Assembly: GCA_035528495.1 (NCBI GenBank)
Contig: DATKYM010000045.1
Location: 7,652 to 39,651, forward strand
Direction of reading: 5' to 3'
DNA: 32,000 nucleotides
Origin: Nitrosopumilaceae archaeon
GTDB taxonomy: Archaea; Thermoproteota; Nitrososphaeria; Nitrososphaerales; Nitrosopumilaceae
Shown here piece after piece: positions 16,376 through 24,469 of the stretch; within the stretch, counting starts at the first letter, position 1, and each line of letters opens with the position of its first letter. The notes beneath the pieces were generated by a model, which was given only the letters and a program-made list of their open reading frames with translations, ran no database searches and had not been told where the DNA came from. Both the position numbers and the translations under genes were made by a program.

Positions 16376-17602
16376 TTGATGAAAAAACATTCTCAAGAAG
16401 TTGAGGTAAGCGGTCACTTGATTGACTCTATGATTTTGACAAAAATTTTTGATAAGATAATGAATTATGGCGGAGAATTTGAGATTTTAGAATTAACTGT
16501 AGGTAAAAAGAAAAAGGATTCTAGTTTTGTTAAACTTTTAGTTACTGGAAAGGATCAAAAACACCTTGAGGAAATCATGGATAATATTCATAGAGAAGGG
16601 GCTGTTGTGCACAACAAAAAACAAGTCAAACTAAAAAAAGCACCAAAAGACATGGTGATGCCAGATAATTTCTATAGTACTACAAATAATGATACATGGA
16701 TTTTTCATAACAACTCATGGATTTCAGTTGAGAATCAAATGATGGACAAATGTATCGTTGTAAAGAAAAACATCGCACACTGTGTGCCAATTAGAGATGT
16801 AAAAAAAGATGATCTTATTGTTGTAGATGAAATTGGTGTTAAAGTAACTCCGCCTCAAAGACCTCGAGATCAAGCAAATATTTTTGCATTTATGGGAAGT
16901 AGTAGTTCTAGTGAAAGACCCACCCAGCATATTGCAAAAAAGGTTGCATTAGACATTATTCAAACAACAAAAAACGGAGGTAAAATCGTAATAGTTGGAG
17001 GTCCTGCCATAGTACATACCGGCGCAGCTGATTCTGTAGCCGAATTAATTCGAGGTGGATTTGTTCATGGTGTACTTGCAGGTAATGCATTGGCAGTTCA
17101 TGATATTGAATATGCTACCATGGGTACTTCTTTAGGAATGTATGTTCATGATGCAACGCTAGCTAAACGTGGCCACAGGAACCATATGGATACTATCAAC
17201 GCAGTTTTCAAAGCAGGCTCTATTCCAAAAATGGTTCAACAAAAAAAACTCAAAAGCGGTATTTTTTATGAATGTGTAAAAAATAAAGTTCCTTTTGTTC
17301 TGGCAAGCTCGATTAGAGATGATGGACCTTTACCTGATGTCATAACCGATGTTGCCAAAGCGCAAAGGGAGTACAAAAAAGTTCTTAAAAATGCTAGCAT
17401 GGTGATAATGATTTCAACAATGCTTCACTCTATTGCCACAGGAAATATGCTTCCATCAAATGTTAAAGCTATTGTTATTGACATTAGTCAGCCAACAGTG
17501 ACTAAATTAATGGATAGGGGAACATGGCAAGCTTTGGGAATAGTAACTGACGTGGGGGCTTTCTTGCCAATGGTCGCTCAAGAAATTAACAAACTCAAAT
17601 GA
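16376..17602 (+). CDS. LOR/SDH-domain protein (TIGR00300-like; family linked to ornithine cyclodeaminase / saccharopine-dehydrogenase-like chemistry)
   Basis: 408 aa. N-terminal EVSGHLIDSMILTKIFDKIM..GGEFEILE module followed by a Rossmann-like GGKIVIVGGPAIVHTGA region, as I recall for this archaeal family. ATG at 16379 is the likelier start. Confidence 0.65.
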   Translation: MMKKHSQEVEVSGHLIDSMILTKIFDKIMNYGGEFEILELTVGKKKKDSSFVKLLVTGKDQKHLEEIMDNIHREGAVVHNKKQVKLKKAPKDMVMPDNFYSTTNNDTWIFHNNSWISVENQMMDKCIVVKKNIAHCVPIRDVKKDDLIVVDEIGVKVTPPQRPRDQANIFAFMGSSSSSERPTQHIAKKVALDIIQTTKNGGKIVIVGGPAIVHTGAADSVAELIRGGFVHGVLAGNALAVHDIEYATMGTSLGMYVHDATLAKRGHRNHMDTINAVFKAGSIPKMVQQKKLKSGIFYECVKNKVPFVLASSIRDDGPLPDVITDVAKAQREYKKVLKNASMVIMISTMLHSIATGNMLPSNVKAIVIDISQPTVTKLMDRGTWQALGIVTDVGAFLPMVAQEINKLK

Positions 17603-18400
17603 TTAGTTTATTGTCTGTAATCTTGGATGTAATACATGGTATCCATTTTCATTGAATCTTATTGGATAGGTTTGTTCACTGTGTTTTGTTCCTCTCATTT
17701 TAATAACCTGAACTGATCGTTCCATTGTATTTGTTTTTTGAACATGATTTAAAATTACAATTCCTGATGCTTCATACCATTCTGGGGGAGTTTTTGAATC
17801 TAAATTCTCTGAAATAAAAATTGACGTGCATTTTTTTTCATCTAAGGCGTGAATCAATTTTTGAATACCTTGGCGAGCATTAAATTTATTTCCATACTGT
17901 ATGCTTAAAACCGAAAGTGAATCAACAACAAGACGTTTGGCATGAATTTTTTTAATTCCTTGCAAAATTAATTGAGTCAAATGAGTAAATGGAAAAGGCT
18001 CTGTACCATACAAAGAATCTCCTGATTCAAACGTTTCATCATTCATTTTAAATGGTCGTGCATCAACTATCAAAATTTTTTCTTCATCCATCAACTTTTC
18101 AATATTCCATCCATAACTTCGAAAGTCATTAATCAGTTCTTGTGGGCTTTGTGTTAGAGTTACAAATATTCCTGGTTCTTCAAAATCTAGTGCGCCATTA
18201 TGAAGAAATTGCATCCCAAATGTTGTTTTACCACTCCCAGATTCTCCAGATAAGACAATTGTTTTTCCTTCTTTTAATCCTCCATCTATAATCAAATCGA
18301 ATCCTGGGATTCCTGTGCGAATCTTAAATTCCGAATTACTCACAATAACAAGCAGATAATTTTGTATATAAAGAGGTGTGAGTTTATCTGATATACACAT
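17603..18400 (-). CDS. Single-domain KaiC/RecA-superfamily ATPase (ArlH/FlaH-like class)
   Basis: TGIPGFDLIIDGGLKEGKTIVLSGESGSGKTTFGMQFL (Walker A) and Walker B-type RLVVDSLS. An internal GTG at 18341-18343 preceded by a TATA box is a likely true start (246 aa). Confidence 0.85.
   Translation of the reverse strand: MCISDKLTPLYIQNYLLVIVSNSEFKIRTGIPGFDLIIDGGLKEGKTIVLSGESGSGKTTFGMQFLHNGALDFEEPGIFVTLTQSPQELINDFRSYGWNIEKLMDEEKILIVDARPFKMNDETFESGDSLYGTEPFPFTHLTQLILQGIKKIHAKRLVVDSLSVLSIQYGNKFNARQGIQKLIHALDEKKCTSIFISENLDSKTPPEWYEASGIVILNHVQKTNTMERSVQVIKMRGTKHSEQTYPIRFNENGYHVLHPRLQTIN
18365..18372 (-). promoter_or_regulatory. Candidate archaeal TATA box (TTTATATA on the minus strand) for the KaiC-like gene
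   Basis: 21 nt separate the box from the in-frame GTG at 18343, which is the spacing expected for a leaderless archaeal mRNA. The box lies inside the longest-ORF N-terminus, which has no KaiC homology. Confidence 0.35.
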
Positions 18401-18423
18401 AAAAAAATTTTTCTAATTTGAAA

Positions 18424-19287
18424 CTAGAGTGGAATTGATTTAGATTTTGTCCATAACAAATCAAACAATAATTTTTTAGAATAAATCATTGCCGAAGAAT
18501 TTGTCCACATTGCAGATACATTCTCTTTTCCAGATTCAGAATTCTTCATAAAGAATAAAATCTCTTCATTGTCCTTTATGACAAAGCAAATAGAACCATC
18601 TTTAGTAGTTGGAAATTTTTTAACATTAGTCCTATCAATTTCATCGTAAACATATAGTGTTCTTTCTGAAGAGCTTGTTAGAATCTGTAAATCAATATCT
18701 GATTTATCCAAGGGCTCTAAAAAGTTAGCATGGTAAAACTTTAGAAAATCTTTCTCATTTCCAATTATTTGAAATCCTTTTTTGGTGTTTCTAATCATAT
18801 CATTTATTTTTCCATAAATTTGATTTTCTCCCTGTAACATTTGAAATTTATCTTCTTTATCAAGTTCAGGCTCATTGTGATAATTTGGTATTGTGTTCCA
18901 AAGTTTAGTAACCTCTTCTTCTTGTTTTTCTAATTTTCTAATTCGTTCTTTTTCAGTGTTGACCATTGATTTGATGGCACTGGATAATGACAATGCTGAA
19001 AATTTAATTGGATGCTGAAATGTTGCAGATACGATTCCCTTGTTTTGTAGGGTAGTTAGAAGATGATATGTCTCAGTTCTTGGAAGTTTTAAAGCTCGAC
19101 AAACCTCAGGTGCAGTTTTTGAGCCATACTTTCCTAAAAATATGTATACCTTGCATTGGTTTACAGTTAAACCAAATTTTGAAAATTGATCTTGTAGTTG
19201 ATCTATAGATTGTTTATGTTCATAAGAACTAGAATCTGGATCATTTTCAAATATCGTGGATTGGGCATTATCAGTCAATTCTTTCAC
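18424..19287 (-). CDS. TrmB-family winged-helix transcriptional regulator
   Basis: 287 aa. N-terminal FGLTVNQCKVYIFLGKYGSKTAPEVCRALKLPRTETYHLLTTLQNKGIV is the TrmB HTH, followed by a coiled-coil linker and a C-terminal effector-type domain. GTG start in the track. Confidence 0.8.
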   Translation of the reverse strand: MKELTDNAQSTIFENDPDSSSYEHKQSIDQLQDQFSKFGLTVNQCKVYIFLGKYGSKTAPEVCRALKLPRTETYHLLTTLQNKGIVSATFQHPIKFSALSLSSAIKSMVNTEKERIRKLEKQEEEVTKLWNTIPNYHNEPELDKEDKFQMLQGENQIYGKINDMIRNTKKGFQIIGNEKDFLKFYHANFLEPLDKSDIDLQILTSSSERTLYVYDEIDRTNVKKFPTTKDGSICFVIKDNEEILFFMKNSESGKENVSAMWTNSSAMIYSKKLLFDLLWTKSKSIPL

Positions 19288-19450
19288 TCCGAGTACAATC
19301 CAATATTCCTCTTTGATTTAGAGGGATCAAGTCAACTACCATTGAGTTGAATGATCGTAATGTTGCTTCTGCTTTTAAAAAAGAAGCGATTTTCAGGCCA
19401 AAAATTCTTTTTCTAGGCTTAATTTTGTTGTCTGATAAAATTATTTTCAT
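19271..19450 (-). CDS. Possible unlisted 59-aa ORF bridging the upstream gene and trmB-like gene
   Basis: Hand translation: MKIILSDNKIKPRKRIFGLKIASFLKAEATLRSFNSMVVDLIPLNQRGILDCTRSERID. Its ATG shares one base with the upstream TAA (TAATG at 19448-19452) and its end overlaps the TrmB GTG by 17 nt. Alternatively this 162-bp stretch is non-coding regulatory DNA. Confidence 0.25.
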   Translation of the reverse strand: MKIILSDNKIKPRKRIFGLKIASFLKAEATLRSFNSMVVDLIPLNQRGILDCTRSERID

Positions 19451-20034
19451 TATTCACATCCCACCGTTAAGATCGATTTGAAAGAAAATTTCTCTCGGAT
19501 AGCATCGGTTTTAATGAAGGCTAGCTCATAAGGGCCGTCATTTTGTTCATATCCAACTCCGGCTAATTCCTTTTTAATGCCTGATTTCATTAATTGTTCC
19601 AGACTGTCACGTATGTTCTTTAATCTCTCAGACTCTGCCTTCATACCTTCAAGTGATTTAAAGTATAATTCAAGCTCCCCTCTAGTTCCAATCCCATTGT
19701 AAAGATGTAATCCTTCATAATCTATCCAATTTTCTGATTTACCTTTTTTTGGTTTTCGCTTATTATCACTTTTTTTATCTGATTTCTTACTTTCTCTTTT
19801 TTTATTCTCTGATTTTTTATTATCACTTTTTTTATCTTTAGAATTTTCTGGATTTAATTTTTCTTTCAAATCAGATAATTCTTCAGAATTGTTTTGTTCA
19901 CCAACTCTAATTTTATCTCCAATTATTTTTGATTGTAAATTTATTTTCTCATCTAAATCTTTTATTCTTTCATCCAGAGACTCTTTTAGTTCTATAATTG
20001 AATTAAAACGTGATATTTTATTATTCATAATCAA
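19450..20034 (-). CDS. Hypothetical protein with central poly-basic low-complexity tract
   Basis: 194 aa. Tract KDKKSDNKKSENKKRESKKSDKKSDNKRKPKKGK flanked by helical regions. The track starts at TTG 20034, and ATG at 20028 is also possible (2 nt after the upstream TGA). Confidence 0.65.
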   Translation of the reverse strand: MIMNNKISRFNSIIELKESLDERIKDLDEKINLQSKIIGDKIRVGEQNNSEELSDLKEKLNPENSKDKKSDNKKSENKKRESKKSDKKSDNKRKPKKGKSENWIDYEGLHLYNGIGTRGELELYFKSLEGMKAESERLKNIRDSLEQLMKSGIKKELAGVGYEQNDGPYELAFIKTDAIREKFSFKSILTVGCE

Positions 20035-20591
20035 GATACCTCATTTATTCTTGTACTGTTTGGATTAGGTTGATTTACAATATTTTGATCAGAACTATTT
20101 GAAGAATTTTGATTAATAGAATTTTCGGAGGAGTCAGAAAGGTTACTATCATCATTTATTTTTTGGATTTTTTCTATTTTTCTGGTTACAGCCTTTAAGA
20201 ATGTGATATTTTTATTCTGAATGATTTTTTCGTTTTTGCATAATTCTATAATTGGTGTCATTGCATTTTTTAGAATTTGAGCAATGTTTTTAGTAGAGAA
20301 TTCATCTAATCTTTTTTGTATTACCTTACCGTTGGATTTCTTTATTACAATATCTAATGATGGTGTTAAAGTTATTTTGGTATTATCATCTTCATTGAAT
20401 ACTTTGGGCGGTAAATCTACAGAGAATCCTAAAAATTCAGTTATAATTTTTAAAGAGTTATACAGCTCGTCAATTACATTACCCTTTTCACTTTCTAACT
20501 CATAAATTTGTACAGATTCATCTACAAGTAAATCAGTATTCTTTAAAACCTCATCAAATTCTTTGATTTCAGCCTCATAACTTGGTTCCAT
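20031..20591 (-). CDS. Hypothetical protein (186 aa) with Ser/Asn-rich C-terminal tail
   Basis: ORF-track entry, tightly coupled to the next gene. No family recognised. Confidence 0.65.
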   Translation of the reverse strand: MEPSYEAEIKEFDEVLKNTDLLVDESVQIYELESEKGNVIDELYNSLKIITEFLGFSVDLPPKVFNEDDNTKITLTPSLDIVIKKSNGKVIQKRLDEFSTKNIAQILKNAMTPIIELCKNEKIIQNKNITFLKAVTRKIEKIQKINDDSNLSDSSENSINQNSSNSSDQNIVNQPNPNSTRINEVS

Positions 20592-20654
20592 TACAATAAA
20601 AGTTCAAAATTTCATAAAGAGTTTGGGTGTGTAAGTTCATGTTACAAACATCTC

Positions 20655-23111
20655 TCAAATCACACGCACGATTCCGATGTAGTTCGTATGGAGAAAAACC
20701 TGGCCTTCTGAATTATACCCGTCTAAAAATACATACATTCGATATCTCCCCTCTGGAACTAATTCACTTGAAACATTTCCAGGCTGTACACGGGGTCTAT
20801 CAAATTCAACTGCGACAGTATTGCCTACGGATATTACTGAACTATCTTGAGTTGGTCCTAAAGGTGTACCATCTGCAGTTATGATGAACGCCGCATAGGA
20901 TGCTGCAGAATTTTCATCTTCAAAAATTACCCTGCTCTGATATTTTATCCAATTGTCCGCAGGACCTGGATTAAATATTCCAATCACTCCTATGTCAGAA
21001 TTATCATATCCCCCATAACCTGCTATTCCTTTATCGGGGAATGGAATCTGAAGAAAACTACTTCCCAATCCAGACACCACATCGGTATCATCTATCACCA
21101 TTTTAAAGTCTAAATTGCCTATACTTTTTGGGATATTTGTCATTTGGATCATCAAGCGTTCTCCTGGGTCTATAACTCGTTGTTGAGTAGTAATTACAGT
21201 AAAATTAAACTGACCCCAAATATCACTAATGGGAGAAGAATACTCTGCAAAGTCACTAGAGTACGGGAATGAATAACTCAAAGTTTGTGTAATTATTTTG
21301 TCTGAGGCGCCAAGATCATTTCCAAATTCATCTACGATACTAATATCAAAATCTACAAGATGACTACTAGTACCATAATTTGTATTAAACAAATCCTCCA
21401 CTTCTTGTTGACCACTCTCATTCAAATCGTAATTATCCCAGTGAATTATATCATCAATCATACCATGAAAGCCATTAGTCAGAGGAGATATTGTAAATGC
21501 GCCAATGTGTATATTACCTGAGAGAACAATAGTTCCACTACCCGGGTTAGAGTCTTGATCTTGTAACACTCCATCCACATACAACTTGCAATCATTATCA
21601 TCGGGCATTACTGCAGCAAAATGGTGCCACGTATCATCCCTGTAATCTACTGCACTAGTACAAGTGGCAATGCTGGATGTAAAACTGGCATCTAATTGAA
21701 AAACCAAATTGCCACTTGGGTTTAGATAAATTTCAAAGCTATCAGTAATACCGCTGTTCTCTCCATAAAAAATTGTCTGAAAATCATTTGGACCTGTACT
21801 TTCTGCATTAAACCATCCTGCAGTGGTAGTAGGACTGGCATCAAGATCATTGTCATCATTTATACCAATCATTGCATATTGATTTCCTGAAAAATGATAT
21901 GCTCCGGCACCTTGATGTCCAGTTGGAATCCATAATGGTCTCTGAGAGCCAGAAGCCAAAGTCATTACCGTGTTTGTAGTAGTATCTAATGGAGAGTTTA
22001 GGTCACTTTCAAAATGATATGACATGGTTTCAGTTGTGTTTCCCGTATGTGTCAAAGATGGAGGCATTGGACTGCTGATGTATCTAAGAGTCGCATTCCA
22101 TTTTCCGGCAGGTATGTTGCTTGTCACATTTCCATCTGTATTAGAATAAAAAATTGGATCAATGAAGCTAAAATCAATAATTTCACCCACATTGTCTTCG
22201 GGAATAGATGCCCACATTTGACGTTGACCTAATGCATCAAAATTTTCTTTATGAAAAAATAAGATGTTATCAGGTGCAGAAGATGAGGTCAGAAATTTAC
22301 TTTCTAAAGAACTTCCGCTTTCCTCAGCAAATTCTACTACCTTGACAGATACTTCTTTAGTTATAGTATTTCCTGGTGCTCCGTTTAGGATACTTGCTTC
22401 AAACTGAATTTTATCTCCGTCATTTCCTGAAATTTTAAAGGTCCACTCAAAAATTGCAGAGTTGCCTTTTTCTAGTACAGGGTGAGGATCAGGCATGGAA
22501 CTCTCTAGCTGAGCTGTTGCGCCTAACGACGTTAGATTTAGAATTGGTTGAATATTTGTATAAATTGTGTTTTGGGTAGAATTATTTGTGACAGACAATA
22601 AAATAGTAGTTTTAAAATTGGTTGGGACTTCTTCAGGCAAGGCAAACAATTGTAAATTTAATGGATCAGTTGAAGCATTTACTGAAAATTCTTTTGTTAT
22701 TCCCCTATCTGTTACTAGTTTCATCTTATAGCTTTCCGTAGATAAAGCTGTAAATGGTAAAAATTGTAAAATATCCTCAACCATATTTCCTGGTGCCACA
22801 GTTTGGTTTAAATCAAATCTATAAACCTGGTCAACTCCAGTTACATTTTCTATCCATAACCTAGAAAAAGAAATTGGAATGTCTCCTGAATTATAAATAT
22901 CTAAATTAATTTTATTGTTTACTATTGTCAATCTAGAAATATCAAAGGACTCCTTTTTTCGATTTTCTCGTTCTTGTTCTGCTGCAATAACATTTTCTGA
23001 AAAATCTTCAAATAAATTCATGCTAGATGTCAGATAACTTGCCGCAGTAATTATTGCAATAAGAAAAAATACAGCTCCCACTACAGTTGACAGAGCTCTT
23101 CTTTGTTTCAT
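20655..23111 (-). CDS. Giant (818-aa) archaeal type IV pilin-like protein with internal LamG/concanavalin-A-like lectin domain
   Basis: N-terminus MKQRRALSTVVGAVFFLIAIITAASYL is a class III (prepilin-type) signal. Aa ~365-575 (nt ~21387-22019) carry Laminin_G_3-type landmarks: DDTWHHFAAVM, CKLYVDGVL, GNIHIGAF, FHGMIDDIIHWDNYDL. Many N-x-S/T sequons. ATGA overlap with the upstream small pilin gene. Confidence 0.8.
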   Translation of the reverse strand: MKQRRALSTVVGAVFFLIAIITAASYLTSSMNLFEDFSENVIAAEQERENRKKESFDISRLTIVNNKINLDIYNSGDIPISFSRLWIENVTGVDQVYRFDLNQTVAPGNMVEDILQFLPFTALSTESYKMKLVTDRGITKEFSVNASTDPLNLQLFALPEEVPTNFKTTILLSVTNNSTQNTIYTNIQPILNLTSLGATAQLESSMPDPHPVLEKGNSAIFEWTFKISGNDGDKIQFEASILNGAPGNTITKEVSVKVVEFAEESGSSLESKFLTSSSAPDNILFFHKENFDALGQRQMWASIPEDNVGEIIDFSFIDPIFYSNTDGNVTSNIPAGKWNATLRYISSPMPPSLTHTGNTTETMSYHFESDLNSPLDTTTNTVMTLASGSQRPLWIPTGHQGAGAYHFSGNQYAMIGINDDNDLDASPTTTAGWFNAESTGPNDFQTIFYGENSGITDSFEIYLNPSGNLVFQLDASFTSSIATCTSAVDYRDDTWHHFAAVMPDDNDCKLYVDGVLQDQDSNPGSGTIVLSGNIHIGAFTISPLTNGFHGMIDDIIHWDNYDLNESGQQEVEDLFNTNYGTSSHLVDFDISIVDEFGNDLGASDKIITQTLSYSFPYSSDFAEYSSPISDIWGQFNFTVITTQQRVIDPGERLMIQMTNIPKSIGNLDFKMVIDDTDVVSGLGSSFLQIPFPDKGIAGYGGYDNSDIGVIGIFNPGPADNWIKYQSRVIFEDENSAASYAAFIITADGTPLGPTQDSSVISVGNTVAVEFDRPRVQPGNVSSELVPEGRYRMYVFLDGYNSEGQVFLHTNYIGIVRVI

Positions 23112-23557
23112 GGCCCCATAACATACGTTTGATAGATAGATCCTTTTTCCGTTGTGACTGCAATTCGAATAGGATCAGTAGTTGTCCAATTATAAGTAAT
23201 TTCAGTGGAAAAATAATCATTACTTGCAATCCCGCCGTTTGTTATTAACAAATTAGTTTTATCTATAGAATTATCAAGAGTTATTTTTGTTACATTAAGT
23301 CCTATAGTTCCAACGTTGCTTGTTGTTACATTGATAAATTTAGTAGGATTGTTTCCAAACCAAACATTTTCTACAACTAAAAATTCATTTAATTTATTCA
23401 CCCCATCTGAATATGCCGTATTAATTTCCTGTTGCTCATTTGAAAATATGCTATTTGACCACGCAGTCATCATACTACCCATGACTGCGACTGCTGAAAG
23501 CAAAATCCCAGTAGTGACTACAGTAGCTAACGCTCTGCGTGTAGTGTGTTTAGGCAT
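23108..23557 (-). CDS. Archaeal type IV pilin-like protein (149 aa)
   Basis: MPKHTTRRALATVVTTGILLSAVAVMG is a class III signal with the same RRAL[AS]TVV core as the 818-aa protein, followed by a beta-rich body ending in VTTEKGS. Confidence 0.75.
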   Translation of the reverse strand: MPKHTTRRALATVVTTGILLSAVAVMGSMMTAWSNSIFSNEQQEINTAYSDGVNKLNEFLVVENVWFGNNPTKFINVTTSNVGTIGLNVTKITLDNSIDKTNLLITNGGIASNDYFSTEITYNWTTTDPIRIAVTTEKGSIYQTYVMGP

Positions 23558-23656
23558 ACAATAATGGCAAAAAATGCAATATTATCCATCGAGGTGTATT
23601 TTCAAAAACTTACAATTTTTGAAATAATTATTTTATTTATATAAAAAATGAGTTTT

Positions 23657-24469
23657 TCAACGTATTGAGAGCGAATTTTTATCCACATTCTCTCTGAACA
23701 AGCCTATTTGATTTGATAATCCATATGCAAACATGGTATAGGTCCATAAGAATAAAATTTCAACGATGTGTCCTGGATAGTAAATATTTTGAAGAGACAA
23801 GAATAGTACACTATTATCGCCAATTATCTGAGTAATTATTCCTAAACATAAAAGAGATATCATAAAATTTACACCTCCTTTAAAAAATAAAATAACGCCA
23901 ATCAAGGCAGGTATTAAAATAAGCGAATCTAAAATTGGATATGCCAGTAAGACTAGAAAATTCTCGTTAATTAAATCCGATTTAGAATCTAAAATCATCA
24001 TTAATGAGGGAATTAAAAGAGAGATTGAAACTGTTGACATCCCAACTAACATCTTTTTTGAAATTTGCTTTACAAATGGTCTTAAATAAAAAATAAGAAA
24101 TGCAAAAAATAGTTGATATCCAGTTATATAGAAAAAATCATCGGCATACTTCCAGGCATCAATTCCCAACATAACATTGTAAAACACATCAACAGTTTCT
24201 GCACAAAACCAATATGCCGAGAACAACATAAACAAAATCCATGCTTTTCCATGATTCCCCTTTAGACCATATTTTGAGACCATAAAAAGTGAAAAGATAG
24301 TTACAATGCTAGAAAGAACAATTGAAATTCCATTTGAAACATTTTCTGCTATTTCTGGACTCAAAAAATTTGCCAATAAAATTAATGCGGTTATTCCCAA
24401 CAAGGTAAAAAGAAGATATTCCTGAACATTAAATCCTTGATAGAATAATTGCAAAGGATTACCTCGCAA
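23657..24469 (-). CDS. Polytopic integral membrane protein (about 7-8 TM helices), unknown family
   Basis: 270 aa, almost entirely hydrophobic helices. Its start overlaps the stop of the AAA+ gene by 11 nt. Confidence 0.7.
   Translation of the reverse strand: MRGNPLQLFYQGFNVQEYLLFTLLGITALILLANFLSPEIAENVSNGISIVLSSIVTIFSLFMVSKYGLKGNHGKAWILFMLFSAYWFCAETVDVFYNVMLGIDAWKYADDFFYITGYQLFFAFLIFYLRPFVKQISKKMLVGMSTVSISLLIPSLMMILDSKSDLINENFLVLLAYPILDSLILIPALIGVILFFKGGVNFMISLLCLGIITQIIGDNSVLFLSLQNIYYPGHIVEILFLWTYTMFAYGLSNQIGLFRENVDKNSLSIR

Noticed and set aside
23657-24469. The 270-aa polytopic membrane protein as the missing A24 prepilin peptidase (PibD/FlaK-like).
   Set aside because: I could not find the two-Asp arrangement with a GxGD-type second motif. 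The only candidates (ILDSL, IIGDNS) are ~37 residues apart, near the C-terminus and non-canonical.
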